Shown here piece after piece: positions 46,507 to 60,414 of a stretch of 64,000 nt of DNA. The notes beneath the pieces are model-generated. The model was not told the origin of the DNA. It was given only the letters and a program-made list of their open reading frames with translations, and did no database searches. Both the position numbers and the translations under genes were made by a program. The stretch covers positions 185 through 64,184 of the forward strand of contig DASPRK010000231.1 of NCBI GenBank assembly GCA_035624495.1, written 5' to 3'. This DNA comes from Candidatus Methylomirabilis sp. Lineage in GTDB: Bacteria > Pseudomonadota > Gammaproteobacteria > Acidiferrobacterales > Sulfurifustaceae. The stretch's first letter is position 1. Every line of letters begins with the position of its first letter.

Positions 46507-47670
46507 ATGAGCGCCGTGCTGACCGCGGGCTCGACGCGCGCCGCCGGCCGCGCGCGGCCGGCGTGGGATCCCTGGTTGCTCGGCAGCACCGTGGCGCTGC
46601 TTGCGCTCGGTGTGATCATGGTTTATTCGGCCTCGGTGGCATACGCCCAACGCGAGATGCACAACGACGCCTATTTCCTCATCCGGCACGCGATCTCGAC
46701 GGGAGTCGGGCTGGTCCTGATGGTGTTCGTGACACGCACGCGCGTGCGCTGGTGGGAGGCGGCCGGGCCGTATCTGCTTCTGATCGGTATCGCCTCGCTG
46801 TTCGTGGTGCTGGTGCCGGGCATCAGCGCGCACGTCAACGGCAGCTCGCGCTGGATCAAGCTCGGTATCTTCAATCTGCAGCCGTCCGAATTCATGAAGC
46901 TCTTCATGGTGGTGTACGTGGCGGGCTATCTGGTGCGCAAACAGGAGGAACTCCGGAATTTCACTCAGGGCATCGTGATGGTCAGCCTTGTGGTGGCGGC
47001 GATCGGCGTCCTGCTGATCCTCGAACCGGACATGGGCACGCTGGTCGTGATCACCGTGACGGTTTTCACCATGCTTTTTCTCGGCGGCGTGCGCTTCTGG
47101 CACTTCATGGTGGTGCTCGGTGCAGGCGTGGGCAGCATGGTGTTGCTGACAATCATCTCGCCGTACCGCATGGCGCGCGCCACCAGCTTCCTCAATCCCT
47201 GGGCCGATCCGTTCAACACCGGTTTCCAGCTGGTGCAGGCGCTGATCGCTTTCGGGCGCGGCCAGTGGTTCGGCGTGGGCTTGGGCGCGAGCGTACAGAA
47301 GCTTTTCTATTTGCCGGCGGCGCACACCGATTTCGTGTTCGCGGTAATGGCCGAGGAGCTCGGTTTGATTTTCGTGCTCGGCGTGATGGTGCTGTTCGGC
47401 ATCATCATCGTGCGCGCCTTCGCCATTGCGCGCCAGGCTGAGGTGGCGGGCATGATCTACGGCGCGCGGCTGGCGCAGGGGCTCGGTCTGCTGATCGGCA
47501 GCCAGGCCATGATCAACATGGGCGTTAACATGGGTCTGCTGCCGACCAAGGGTTTGACGCTGCCGTTCCTGAGCTATGGCGGATCGAGCATGATCGTGAG
47601 CTGCATCGCCGTCGGCCTGCTGCTGTTGATCGGGCGCGAGGCGCGCGGCGGCAAGTGGGGAAAGGAATGA
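46507..47670 (+). CDS. ftsW: Peptidoglycan glycosyltransferase FtsW
   Basis: RWI...QPSEF.K, EPDMG, HTDFVFAV..EELG, LPFLSYGGSS. Confidence 0.98.
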   Translation: MSAVLTAGSTRAAGRARPAWDPWLLGSTVALLALGVIMVYSASVAYAQREMHNDAYFLIRHAISTGVGLVLMVFVTRTRVRWWEAAGPYLLLIGIASLFVVLVPGISAHVNGSSRWIKLGIFNLQPSEFMKLFMVVYVAGYLVRKQEELRNFTQGIVMVSLVVAAIGVLLILEPDMGTLVVITVTVFTMLFLGGVRFWHFMVVLGAGVGSMVLLTIISPYRMARATSFLNPWADPFNTGFQLVQALIAFGRGQWFGVGLGASVQKLFYLPAAHTDFVFAVMAEELGLIFVLGVMVLFGIIIVRAFAIARQAEVAGMIYGARLAQGLGLLIGSQAMINMGVNMGLLPTKGLTLPFLSYGGSSMIVSCIAVGLLLLIGREARGGKWGKE

Positions 47671-48740
47671 GCCGCGTGCTGATCATGGCGGGCGGCACCG
47701 GTGGGCACGTGTTCCCGGGCCTCGCCGTTGCGCGCCGTCTGATCGAAAAGCAAGTGCAGGTCGTCTGGCTCGGTACGCAACGCGGCCTCGAGGCACGCGC
47801 GGTCCCGGCCTCGGGATTGGCCATCGACATGGAATGGATCACGATCCAGGGCGTGCGGCGCAAGGGCTGGCTCGGCTGGTTGCTGCTGCCGTTCACGCTT
47901 CTTTATGCGATGGCGCAGGTGTTTCGCGTGCTGCGCCGCCGCAAACCCGACGCGGTGCTGTCGATGGGCGGTTTCGTCGCCGGGCCTGGCGGTCTTATGG
48001 CCTGGATCACGCACACGCCGTTGCTGATTCACGAGCAGAATGCGATCCCGGGCATGACCAATAAGTGGCTGGCACTGCTCGCGGACCAGGTCCTGAGCGG
48101 TTTCCCCGACGCCTTCGGCAGCCATATTGCAGCACGGCCGGTCGGTAATCCGGTGCGTGATGAGATCGCCCGGCTCTCCCCGCCGGAGCAGCGGTTTGCC
48201 GACCGTGGCGGCTGCCTGCATCTGCTTGTCGTCGGCGGCAGCCAGGGCGCGAAAATTTTCAATGACGTCATCCCGGACGCCGTGAAAACGCTGCCCGCCG
48301 GCAGTTGTCCGGAGGTTTGGCATCAGTGCGGACGCAATGCCGCGGCCCGGGTCACCATGGCCTATGACGGAGTTCCGGCCAAGGTCACCGAATTCATCGA
48401 CGACATGGCCGCTGCCTACGCCTGGGCGGACGTGATTCTCTGCCGCGCTGGCGCCATGACCATCGCCGAACTGGCGGCCTCGGGTTCGGCCGCGATTCTG
48501 GTTCCGTATCTGCAGGCAGTGGACGACCATCAGACAGCCAACGCGCGTTTTCTCGCCAGCCGCGACGCCGCCGTGCTGGTGCCGCAACCGGAGTTCACGG
48601 CGGCGCGGGTGCGCGAATTGCTGGAAGGTTTCAGCGCGAATCGCGAGCTCTTACTGAAGATGGCGCGCGCGGCGCGCCATCTCGCTGTCACCGACGCTGC
48701 CGAGACAGTAGCGAATCTCTGCCTGGAGGTAGCGACATGA
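47667..48740 (+). CDS. murG: Undecaprenyl-PP-MurNAc-pentapeptide GlcNAc transferase
   Basis: GGTGGHVFP, HEQN, GGSQGA, RAGA.T..E, HQ..NA. Confidence 0.98.
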   Translation: MSRVLIMAGGTGGHVFPGLAVARRLIEKQVQVVWLGTQRGLEARAVPASGLAIDMEWITIQGVRRKGWLGWLLLPFTLLYAMAQVFRVLRRRKPDAVLSMGGFVAGPGGLMAWITHTPLLIHEQNAIPGMTNKWLALLADQVLSGFPDAFGSHIAARPVGNPVRDEIARLSPPEQRFADRGGCLHLLVVGGSQGAKIFNDVIPDAVKTLPAGSCPEVWHQCGRNAAARVTMAYDGVPAKVTEFIDDMAAAYAWADVILCRAGAMTIAELAASGSAAILVPYLQAVDDHQTANARFLASRDAAVLVPQPEFTAARVRELLEGFSANRELLLKMARAARHLAVTDAAETVANLCLEVAT

Positions 48741-48845
48741 GCCGCGGAGCAGGGGCCACACGCAGTGGGGATGCGACCGGCGAATTGGCGCAGGACGCCG
48801 ACAAGATGGCGCATCGTGTTCCACGATCTTACGGAGGCGGCGCGC
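48737..48845 (+). repeat. dcw junction insert C (murG-murC); open 38-codon ORF 48737-48853
   Basis: GCGACCGGCGAA at 48773-84; first 13 nt identical to insert B. The [41 protein letters not shown] overlaps the murG stop and the murC start. Confidence 0.75.
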
Positions 48846-50249
48846 ATGCGTGACCGCGTTAAATGCGTTCATTTCGTCGGCGTCGGCGGCGTCGGCATGT
48901 GCGGCATTGCTGAGGTCCTGCACAACCTTCAATTCGAGGTATCCGGCTCGGACGTGCGGGAATCGCCCAATACCCGGCGCTTGACATCGCTCGGGGTGAA
49001 AGTCGCCATCGGTCACGACCCGCAACTGGTCAGGGGTGTGGATGTGGTGGTGGTGTCGTCGGCGGTCGATGAAACCAACCCCGAGGTCCGCGCCGCACGT
49101 GCAGCGAAGATTCCGGTTATCCCGCGCGCGGAAATGCTCGGTGAACTGATGCGTCTGCAACGTGGCATCGCCATCGCCGGCACGCACGGCAAGACCACGA
49201 CGACGAGTCTGGTGGCGAGCTGTCTGGCCGAAGGTGGCCTCGATCCGACCTTCGTGATCGGCGGACGCCTGAACAGCGCCGGCACCAACGCGCGCCTGGG
49301 GCGCGGCCAGTATCTGGTGGCGGAGGCCGACGAGAGTGACGCTTCGTTTCTGCACCTGGCTCCGTTCATGGCGGTAGTGACCAACATCGATGCCGACCAC
49401 ATGGGCACGTACGGCGGCGATTTCAACCGCCTGAAGCAGGCATTCGTTGATTTCCTCCAGCAGCTTCCGTTCTACGGACTGGCGCTGCTGTGCCTCGACG
49501 ATCCGGCGGTGCGCGAGGTCATCCCGCGCGTGCACCGGCCGGTGCTGACCTATGGCACGACGCCAGAGGCCGATCTGCGCGCGGTCGATATCCGCCAGGA
49601 AGAGCTCAAGATGCATTTCACCGCCGAGCTGCGCGGCCGCAAGAAATGGCTGCCGGTGACGCTCAACCAGCCCGGGCGCCACAACGTGCTGAACGCGCTC
49701 GCCGCGATCGGCATCGCGCATGAGCTCGGCGTGAAGGAGGTCGCCATCACGCGCGCTCTTGCCGGCTTCGCCGGGATCGGGCGGCGCTTCCAGATCAACG
49801 GCCGCGTTGCGTGCGACGGCGGCGACGTAATCCTGGTGGACGATTATGCGCATCATCCGCGCGAGATCGCGGCCACGGTCGAGGCGGCGCGCGCGAGCTG
49901 GCCGCGGCGCCGGCTGGTGGTGGTGTTCCAGCCGCACCGCTACACGCGCACCCACGATCTGTTGGACGACTTCAGCACCGTGCTTTCCGGGATTGACGCG
50001 TTGATCGTCACCGAAGTGTATGCCGCCGGCGAGGCGCCGATCAGCGGTGCCGATGGACGCGCGTTGTGCCGCGCCATCCGCGCGCGTGGCAAGACCGACC
50101 CGGTATTCATCGAAGATGTCGCGACGCTCCCGCAGGCACTGGCCGATGTGCTGCAGGCAAATGACGTGCTGCTGACGATGGGGGCGGGTTCCATCGGTGC
50201 GGTCGCTGCTTCACTGCCGCAGGCGCTCGGGCAGAGGAGAACCGGATGA
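48846..50249 (+). CDS. murC: UDP-N-acetylmuramate--L-alanine ligase
   Basis: [38 protein letters not shown]. Confidence 0.98.
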   Translation: MRDRVKCVHFVGVGGVGMCGIAEVLHNLQFEVSGSDVRESPNTRRLTSLGVKVAIGHDPQLVRGVDVVVVSSAVDETNPEVRAARAAKIPVIPRAEMLGELMRLQRGIAIAGTHGKTTTTSLVASCLAEGGLDPTFVIGGRLNSAGTNARLGRGQYLVAEADESDASFLHLAPFMAVVTNIDADHMGTYGGDFNRLKQAFVDFLQQLPFYGLALLCLDDPAVREVIPRVHRPVLTYGTTPEADLRAVDIRQEELKMHFTAELRGRKKWLPVTLNQPGRHNVLNALAAIGIAHELGVKEVAITRALAGFAGIGRRFQINGRVACDGGDVILVDDYAHHPREIAATVEAARASWPRRRLVVVFQPHRYTRTHDLLDDFSTVLSGIDALIVTEVYAAGEAPISGADGRALCRAIRARGKTDPVFIEDVATLPQALADVLQANDVLLTMGAGSIGAVAASLPQALGQRRTG

Positions 50250-51145
50250 TGCCGGCGAAATCGAAACAAAGCCTGCGCGGCGAACTGCTCTTGAACGAGC
50301 CAATGTCGCGTCACACCAGCTGGCGCGTCGGCGGTCCCGCCGACCGGGTCTACATTCCGGCCGATCTCGACGACCTCGTGGCGTTCCTGAAATCATTGCC
50401 GCCACAGGAACCGGTGCATTGGATCGGCCTCGGCAGTAACTTGCTGGTGCGCGACGGCGGCGTGCGCGGCGCCGTCGTCATGACCAGCGGCGCGCTCAAT
50501 TGCCTGAGTATCCTGCGTGTTGGAATCGTGCGTGCCGAGGCCGGCGTGGCCGGCGCCAAGGTTGCGCGCTTCTGCGCCGAGCACGGCCTGACCGGCGGCG
50601 AGTTCCTGGCCGGGATTCCCGGCACGATCGGCGGCGCGCTCGCCATGAATGCCGGCGCCTTCGGCGGCGAGACCTGGAGCATCGTCGAGGCGGTCGAGAC
50701 GATCGATCGTCACGGCGAGCGTCGCACGCGCCGGCCTTCGGAATACCAGATCGGTTACCGCCACGTAAGCGGCCCGCCGGATGAATGGTTCGTGGCGGCG
50801 CATTTCCGCCTCGATGTCGGGGATGCGCGCCAAGGCAAATCCCTGATCAAGTCCTTGCTCGCCAAGCGCGGGGCGACGCAACCAACGCAATTGCCGAATG
50901 CCGGTTCGGTGTTCAAGAACCCGCCGGGGAATTTTGCCGCGCGCCTGATCGAATCCTGCGGACTCAAGGGCACATGCATCGGTGCAGCCTGCGTGTCCGA
51001 GCTGCACGCCAATTTTATTGTCAACGCCGGCGGCGCGAGCGCCGCCGATATCGAACAGTTGATCGTACGCGTGCAGGCGGAGGTGGAAAAACGCCATGGC
51101 GTCAAACTGGAACCCGAGGTGCGGGTGATGGGTGAAACGAAATGA
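50246..51145 (+). CDS. murB: UDP-N-acetylenolpyruvoylglucosamine reductase
   Basis: [41 protein letters not shown]. Confidence 0.98.
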   Translation: MMPAKSKQSLRGELLLNEPMSRHTSWRVGGPADRVYIPADLDDLVAFLKSLPPQEPVHWIGLGSNLLVRDGGVRGAVVMTSGALNCLSILRVGIVRAEAGVAGAKVARFCAEHGLTGGEFLAGIPGTIGGALAMNAGAFGGETWSIVEAVETIDRHGERRTRRPSEYQIGYRHVSGPPDEWFVAAHFRLDVGDARQGKSLIKSLLAKRGATQPTQLPNAGSVFKNPPGNFAARLIESCGLKGTCIGAACVSELHANFIVNAGGASAADIEQLIVRVQAEVEKRHGVKLEPEVRVMGETK

Positions 51146-52062
51146 CGCGTCGCGACTTCGGAAAAGTCGCGGTACTAATGGGAGGACCTTCCGCCGAACG
51201 CGAAGTCTCGCTCAAAAGCGGCAACGCCGTTTTGGCGGCGCTGAAGCGCCAAGGCATCGAGGCGCACAGCATCGACGCCGACAAGTCGACGTTGCGCCTG
51301 CTCGAGGACGGTCGGTTCGACCGGGCCTTCATTGCGTTGCACGGACGCTGGGGTGAGGACGGCGTAATCCAGGGCGCGCTCGAGGTGTTGGACATCCCTT
51401 ACACCGGTAGTGGCGTGCTCGGCTCGGCGCTCGGCATGGATAAATTGAGGACCAAATTCCTCTGGACGGCGGCTGGGATTCCCACGCCGGAGTTCGCCGT
51501 GCTCGCGCCCGGAACGGATCTCGATAGGGTTGCCGTCGGGCTCGGCTTGCCGGTTTTCGTCAAGCCCGTGCGCGAGGGATCGAGTCTGGGTGTGAGCAAG
51601 GCCAAGACCGCCGCGGAGCTCAAGACCGCTTGGGCGACGGCGGCGAAATTCGACGACCAGGTGATCGCAGAGCGCTTCATCGACGGCGCCGAGATCACCT
51701 GCGGCATTCTCGGCGATCAGGCGCTTCCGCTCATCAAGATCGAGACCGATCGCGAGTTTTACGACTACGAGGCCAAGTACCTGCTCGATACCACGCGCTA
51801 TTTCTGCCCGTGCGGCCTGCCCGCCGCGCAGGAGCGCGAGATGCAGCAACTTGCGCGCCGGGCGTTCGAGGTGCTCGGTTGTGCCGGCTGGGGGCGGGTG
51901 GATTTCATGCTGGACCGGACCGGGCGCGCCTACGCGCTCGAGGTGAATACGGTTCCGGGGATGACCGATCACAGCCTGGTGCCCAAGGCGGCAAGGCAGG
52001 CGGGCATTGATTTCGACCAACTGGTCCTGCGCATCCTGGAGACGGCCGATGTCGAACGCTGA
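51142..52062 (+). CDS. ddl: D-alanine--D-alanine ligase
   Basis: [40 protein letters not shown]. Confidence 0.98.
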   Translation: MTRRDFGKVAVLMGGPSAEREVSLKSGNAVLAALKRQGIEAHSIDADKSTLRLLEDGRFDRAFIALHGRWGEDGVIQGALEVLDIPYTGSGVLGSALGMDKLRTKFLWTAAGIPTPEFAVLAPGTDLDRVAVGLGLPVFVKPVREGSSLGVSKAKTAAELKTAWATAAKFDDQVIAERFIDGAEITCGILGDQALPLIKIETDREFYDYEAKYLLDTTRYFCPCGLPAAQEREMQQLARRAFEVLGCAGWGRVDFMLDRTGRAYALEVNTVPGMTDHSLVPKAARQAGIDFDQLVLRILETADVER

Positions 52063-52867
52063 AGTCAGACATGACAAACCGGAGGAAGGTATGGGCCTGA
52101 CGAAGGCCGCGGCATTGCTGTTCTCGCTTCTCTTCGTCCTGCTCGTAGTGGCCCTCGGCGCCGACTGGCTGCTGCGCACCGACAATTTCCCGGTGCGCCA
52201 TGTGCGCTTTGAAGGCGAGTTTCGACACGTCACGCAACAGGAGCTCGAAAAGGCGGTGATAAACGCAGTGCACGGAAATTTCTTCCTGATTGATCTCGAT
52301 GCCGTGAAGGCACGGGTGGAGTCGCTGCCCTGGATTTACAAGGCCTCGGTGCGACGCGAATGGCCGCAGGACGTGTACGTGCGGTTCACCGAACAGCAAA
52401 TCGCCGCGCACTGGGGCGAAGCGGCCTTCCTCAACCAGGCGGGCGACATCGTGCGCATCGGCGGCGCGGACCTGCCCATCAACCTGCCCCGGCTCGACGG
52501 ACCGGACAATACCGGCGCGCAGGTGCTCGGACATTACAAGAGTCTTGGCGGGATTCTATCGGCGGCCGGTCTGACCCTGGAGCGATTGACCCTAACGGCA
52601 CGGCGTACGTGGCAACTGGGGCTTTCCAACGGAATAACGATCGTGATCGACCACGAACAGCCTGAAGACAAGCTCGAGCGCTTCGCGCGCGTCTACGCGC
52701 AAGCGCTGACGCCGTTGGTCTCGAATATCAAGCAAGTGGACCTGCGTTACACCAACGGTTTTGCCGTGGAGTGGCTTGATGGCCATGCCACTGCCGATGT
52801 ACGCGATGCGCGGAAGCGCATGGGAAATGCCGGCGCGAGACTCGCAGGAACGGATAACAAGGGGTGA
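52049..52867 (+). CDS. ftsQ: Cell division protein FtsQ
   Basis: TM, POTRA domain ([14 protein letters not shown]), [11 protein letters not shown]. Confidence 0.96.
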   Translation: MSNAEVRHDKPEEGMGLTKAAALLFSLLFVLLVVALGADWLLRTDNFPVRHVRFEGEFRHVTQQELEKAVINAVHGNFFLIDLDAVKARVESLPWIYKASVRREWPQDVYVRFTEQQIAAHWGEAAFLNQAGDIVRIGGADLPINLPRLDGPDNTGAQVLGHYKSLGGILSAAGLTLERLTLTARRTWQLGLSNGITIVIDHEQPEDKLERFARVYAQALTPLVSNIKQVDLRYTNGFAVEWLDGHATADVRDARKRMGNAGARLAGTDNKG

Positions 52868-52869
52868 CT

Positions 52870-54111
52870 ATGGCGAAGCGAGACGATGACAAGCTGATCG
52901 TGGGCCTCGATATCGGGACCTCCAAGGTGCTCGCCATCGTCGGCGAAGTCACGGCGGCGGGAGAAGTCGAGATTATTGGCGTCGGGCATCATCCCTCGCG
53001 CGGGATGAAGAAAGGCGTGGTGGTGAACATCGAATCCACAGTGCAGTCGATTCAGCGCGCGGTGGAGGAGGCCGAGCTCATGGCGGGATGCCAGATCCAC
53101 TCCGTGTACGCCGGCATCGCCGGTTCACACATCTCAAGCTTCAACTCGCACGGGATCGTGGCGATCAAGGACAAGGAGGTCGGCCAGGGCGACGTGGAAC
53201 GCGTGATCGAGGCGGCCCGCGCTCTCGCGATTCCGGCCGACCAGAAGGTTCTGCATATCCTGCCGCAGGAATTCATCATCGACAAACAGGAAGGCATCCG
53301 CGAGCCGATCGGCATGAGCGGCGTGCGCCTCGAGGCCAAAGTGCACATCGTCACCGGCGCCGTCAGCGCCGCGCAGAACATCGTCAAGTGCGTGCGCCGT
53401 TGCGGGTTGGAGGTGGACGACATCATTCTCGAGCAGCTGGCGTCCAGCATCTCGACCTTGACCGACGACGAAAAGGAATTGGGGGTATGCCTGGTCGACA
53501 TCGGCGGCGGTACCACCGATATCTCGGTCTTCACCGACGGTGCCATCCGGCATACGGCCGTCATCCCGATCGCGGGCGACCAGGTGACGAACGACATCGC
53601 GGTGGCGCTGCGCACGCCGACGCAGCATGCCGAGGACATCAAGAAAAAGTTCGGTTGTGCGCTCACGCAGCTCGCGCATCGCGACGAAACGATTGAAGTA
53701 CCGAGCGTGGGCGACCGCGCTCCGCGCAAGCTTTCGCGCCAGACGCTCGCCGAGGTCATCGAACCGCGCATCGAGGAACTCTATAGCCTGGTGCAGGCGG
53801 AACTGCGGCGCAGCGGTTTTGAGGACGTGATCGGCAGCGGCATCGTCATCACCGGCGGCAGCGCCAAGATGGAGGGCATGGTCGATCTCGCCGAAGAGGT
53901 GTTTCACATGCCGGTGCGCCTGGGCGTGCCGCAGTACGTCGGCGGACTCAAGGGCGTGGTGCAGAACCCGATTTTCGCGACCGGCGTCGGATTGGTGTTG
54001 TACGGCGCCCGCGGCCGTGAGGGCAAGTCATACACGCGCAACCCGGGGGTGTCGATGGGCGTGAAGGGAGTCTGGAACAAGATGAAAAGCTGGTTTCAGG
54101 GGAATTTCTGA
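52870..54111 (+). CDS. ftsA: Cell division protein FtsA
   Basis: [18 protein letters not shown]-terminal amphipathic [10 protein letters not shown]. Confidence 0.98.
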   Translation: MAKRDDDKLIVGLDIGTSKVLAIVGEVTAAGEVEIIGVGHHPSRGMKKGVVVNIESTVQSIQRAVEEAELMAGCQIHSVYAGIAGSHISSFNSHGIVAIKDKEVGQGDVERVIEAARALAIPADQKVLHILPQEFIIDKQEGIREPIGMSGVRLEAKVHIVTGAVSAAQNIVKCVRRCGLEVDDIILEQLASSISTLTDDEKELGVCLVDIGGGTTDISVFTDGAIRHTAVIPIAGDQVTNDIAVALRTPTQHAEDIKKKFGCALTQLAHRDETIEVPSVGDRAPRKLSRQTLAEVIEPRIEELYSLVQAELRRSGFEDVIGSGIVITGGSAKMEGMVDLAEEVFHMPVRLGVPQYVGGLKGVVQNPIFATGVGLVLYGARGREGKSYTRNPGVSMGVKGVWNKMKSWFQGNF

Positions 54112-54175
54112 GGTTGGGGAACGGGCAGACGGATCATTCGATTGGTTATTCAGGAAACCTACACTGGAGGCAAAC

Positions 54176-55312
54176 ATGTTCGAACTGATGGATACTTACG
54201 GACAACAGGCGGTAATCAAGGTGATCGGTGTCGGTGGCGGCGGCGGTAACGCCGTCGACCACATGGTCGCGGCGAACATCGAAGGCGTGGAGTTCATCAA
54301 CGCCAACACGGATTCGCAAGCGCTCAAGCGTTCGCAGGCGAAGACCATCCTGCAACTTGGCACCAATCTAACAAAGGGACTCGGCTGCGGCGCCAATCCT
54401 GACATCGGACGCCAGGCCGCGGTGGAAGACCGGGAGCGTCTCGCCGAAGTGCTTACCGGCGCGGACATGGTGTTCATCACCGCCGGCATGGGCGGTGGCA
54501 CCGGGACCGGCGCCGCGCCGGTGGTGGCGCAGGTGGCGAAGGACATGAACATCCTGACGGTCGCGGTCGTCACCAAGCCGTTTCCATTCGAGGGCCGCAA
54601 GCGCATGGGGGTGGCAGAGCAGGGCATCGCCGATCTGGGTCAATATGTCGATTCCATCATCACCATCCCGAACGAGAAACTGGTGACCGTGCTCGGCAAG
54701 GAAGCATCGCTGCTCGATGCGTTCGGCAAGGCGAACCAGGTGCTGCAGAATGCGGTCCAAGGTATTGCCGAGCTGATCACGCGTCCGGGACTGATCAACG
54801 TGGACTTCGCCGACGTGCGCACGGTGATGTCGGAAATGGGTTTGGCGATGATGGGCGCGGCTTCGGCGAGCGGTCCGTCGCGTGCCCGCGAGGCGGCCAC
54901 GGCCGCGGTCTCGAGCCCGCTGCTCGAGGACATCAATATATCCGGTGCGCGCGGCATTCTGGTGAATGTCACCGCCGGTCTCGACATGTCCATCGGCGAG
55001 TTCGAGGAAGTCGGCAACACCATCAAAGAATTCGCCGCGGAGGATGCGACCGTGGTGATCGGTACGGTGATCGAGCCCGAGATGCGCGACGAGTTGCGGG
55101 TGACCATCGTGGCTACCGGTCTGGGGCAGGAGAAGATGCGCAAACAGCCTTACAAGGTGGTCAAAACCGGCACCGGCACGACGGATTACGAAGATCTCGA
55201 GACTCCGACGGTGATCCGAAACCGGCGCACGGAACGCCCTGCGGCGGTAGCGGCGGAAGCGGCCATCGAGTACCTGGACATTCCGGCGTTCTTGCGCAAA
55301 CAGGCCGACTAA
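54176..55312 (+). CDS. ftsZ: Cell division protein FtsZ
   Basis: [36 protein letters not shown]. Confidence 0.99.
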   Translation: MFELMDTYGQQAVIKVIGVGGGGGNAVDHMVAANIEGVEFINANTDSQALKRSQAKTILQLGTNLTKGLGCGANPDIGRQAAVEDRERLAEVLTGADMVFITAGMGGGTGTGAAPVVAQVAKDMNILTVAVVTKPFPFEGRKRMGVAEQGIADLGQYVDSIITIPNEKLVTVLGKEASLLDAFGKANQVLQNAVQGIAELITRPGLINVDFADVRTVMSEMGLAMMGAASASGPSRAREAATAAVSSPLLEDINISGARGILVNVTAGLDMSIGEFEEVGNTIKEFAAEDATVVIGTVIEPEMRDELRVTIVATGLGQEKMRKQPYKVVKTGTGTTDYEDLETPTVIRNRRTERPAAVAAEAAIEYLDIPAFLRKQAD

Positions 55313-55702
55313 CACTCGGCGCCCGAAGCCAACGCCCTGTCTGCCATGGGCGCAGATAGCCGCAATGAAACCTGCGTCCTTGGGCGATGCCGCCGCCGTT
55401 TGCAAAAGCGCTGCGGAACGGAATCCGACGGCTAGACGCGAGTTTCGCATACCAGGAGGGCCGTTTATCGGGGCGGTTGCCACGGATAACCACGTCCGAT
55501 CGGAAATTTGGCTGGACAGGGCCGCAAATTTGTCCTTAAATAACGGAAAGGGATTGATTTTCCGGATTTTAGCCCTGTGAGCTGAGGTTAAATCAAGCAT
55601 GCGGGGCGCACGCCTGTAACAGAGAATTAACCACGTATTTCTCCTGTCCCAGTGGGGATAGAGCTTTGTTGTGTGGTAAAGACAAGGACAAATTAAAATT
55701 TG

Positions 55703-56614
55703 ATGATTAAGCAACGGACTCTGAAGAACGTCATTCGCGCTACTGGTGTAGGGCTGCATACGGGCGAAAAGGTTTATTTAACCCTCAGGCCTGCTCCATC
55801 CGACACAGGAATTGTCTTCCGTCGGATCGATTTAACCGATCCGGTCGATATCCGCGCCTGTCCGGAAAACGTGTCCGATACCCGTCTCTCGACTACACTG
55901 GAGAGTAATGGTGTACGGGTATCCACAGTAGAGCATCTTATGTCTGCATTCGCCGGTCTTGGCATTGATAATGCCTACGTCGACCTCACGGCGGCCGAAG
56001 TACCCATCATGGATGGCAGCGCTGGACCGTTCGTTTTTCTCGTGCAGTCGGCCGGAATCGCTGAACAGTCCGCGCCGAAACGCTTTATACGCATCAAGAA
56101 GGAAATCCGCGTCGAAGACGGCGACAAGTGGGCCTGCTTCGAACCGTTCGAAGGCTTCAAGGTTTCGTTCGCCATCGAGTTCAACCATCCCACGTTCCAG
56201 AATTCGACCCAGCATGCCAGTGTCGATTTTTCCACGACTTCCTTCGTGAAGGAAATCAGTCGCGCGCGTACCTTCGGTTTCATGGGTGATCTGGAAGCAC
56301 TGCGACAGGCGGGGCTTGCCCGAGGCGGCGGGCTCGATAATGCCATCGTCCTGGATGATTACCGTATCTTGAATGACGACGGCTTGCGTTATGAAGACGA
56401 GTTCGTCAAACATAAAGTTCTGGATGCGATCGGCGACCTGTATCTACTTGGTCATCCGCTGATCGGTTCCTTCAGCGCCCACAAATCCGGGCATTCCCTT
56501 AACAACCGTTTGTTGCGCAGACTGGTTACCAACCAGGAGGCGTGGGAACTCATCACCTACAACGAAAACGAAGAGGCGCCGATCGCTTTTGTCCGCACCG
56601 TTCCCGCTGTTTGA
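55703..56614 (+). CDS. lpxC: UDP-3-O-acyl-GlcNAc deacetylase
   Basis: KQRTLK, TVEHL, HK.LD..GDL, KSGH.LN. Confidence 0.98.
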   Translation: MIKQRTLKNVIRATGVGLHTGEKVYLTLRPAPSDTGIVFRRIDLTDPVDIRACPENVSDTRLSTTLESNGVRVSTVEHLMSAFAGLGIDNAYVDLTAAEVPIMDGSAGPFVFLVQSAGIAEQSAPKRFIRIKKEIRVEDGDKWACFEPFEGFKVSFAIEFNHPTFQNSTQHASVDFSTTSFVKEISRARTFGFMGDLEALRQAGLARGGGLDNAIVLDDYRILNDDGLRYEDEFVKHKVLDAIGDLYLLGHPLIGSFSAHKSGHSLNNRLLRRLVTNQEAWELITYNENEEAPIAFVRTVPAV

Positions 56615-56683
56615 GGGGATGTGGCGGAATGTGGCGGCTTCTTCTATGTCGGTCATGATGAGTAGATACGGGAGGCAACCGGC

Positions 56684-57613
56684 ATGAACATCATCCTGAT
56701 TCCCAACAGCCGTCATGGCAAGGGCCGTAACGCCACGCTGACCCCCCGGCACCTGATCCTGATTGCGCTCGTTGTTTTTGTCGCCTTGCCGGTTTTCCTC
56801 GGTATTCTGGCGTACAAGACCAAAGACATGCTGTCCGGCGGCGGCGCGGATTCGCTCCTCATCGCGCAACGTCGCGAGCTCGCCGCTCAGCGCATGGAAA
56901 TCACTGAAGCCAAGCGCAATGCCGAAGCGCATCTGAACGCACTTGCCCAGCGCCTCGGCCAGTTGCAGGCGCAGGTCATGCGGTTGAATGCTTTAGGGGG
57001 TCGTCTGACCCGCATGGCCGGATTGGACCCGCGGGAATTCAACTTTTCCGCCGATGCCGCCATGGGCGGTCCGGAAAAGAGCATCGGCTCCTCAAATTCG
57101 CCGGAAGTCACGGCTTCGCTCGACAGCCTGGCGCAGGAAGTCGAACGCCAGCAGGAACGCCTTTCCGCGCTTGAGAATCTTTTGCTCGATCGCAAACTCA
57201 GCGCTGCCGTTACGCCGTCGGGTTGGCCCGTGGATGGGGGCTGGATTTCCTCCGGATTCGGCGTGCGCGCTGATCCGTTCAATGGTCATCAGGCCATGCA
57301 TGAAGGCGTGGACATCGCCTCACGAATGGGCTCCCCGGTGCTGGCCGTCGCCGACGGCGTCGTGACTCACAGCGGTGAAAGCGCGGGCTACGGCCTGCTC
57401 GTGGAGGTTACGCACGAATCCGGCTTGATTACCCGCTATGCCCACACCAGCGCCACCCTCGTCAAAGTTGGGGATCGCGTCAAGAAGGGTCAGGAGATTG
57501 CCTTGGTCGGGACCTCGGGCCGTTCCACCGGACCGCATCTGCATTTCGAGGTGGTGCGTAATGGTAACCCGGTCAATCCCATGCGTTACCTGCAGCAGGC
57601 GGCCGCGAAATAA
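56684..57613 (+). CDS. M23-family metallopeptidase
   Basis: HEGVD (HxxxD), TRYAH, STGPHLHFEV; position before secA. Confidence 0.95.
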   Translation: MNIILIPNSRHGKGRNATLTPRHLILIALVVFVALPVFLGILAYKTKDMLSGGGADSLLIAQRRELAAQRMEITEAKRNAEAHLNALAQRLGQLQAQVMRLNALGGRLTRMAGLDPREFNFSADAAMGGPEKSIGSSNSPEVTASLDSLAQEVERQQERLSALENLLLDRKLSAAVTPSGWPVDGGWISSGFGVRADPFNGHQAMHEGVDIASRMGSPVLAVADGVVTHSGESAGYGLLVEVTHESGLITRYAHTSATLVKVGDRVKKGQEIALVGTSGRSTGPHLHFEVVRNGNPVNPMRYLQQAAAK

Positions 57614-57708
57614 GCTCGCCCGCTGCCGGCCAAGCTTCAAGTCTCGCCGTTTTTCCTCCATAATTGCCGACTTTCCGATACGCCTCCGCGTGAGGCGCGT
57701 GGATTTTC

Positions 57709-60411
<2,703 letters not shown>

Positions 60412-60414
60412 TCC

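Noticed and set aside
56444-56932. Minus-strand ORF at the usual dciA position
   Set aside because: It overlaps both lpxC and the M23 gene and shows no DUF721 features.
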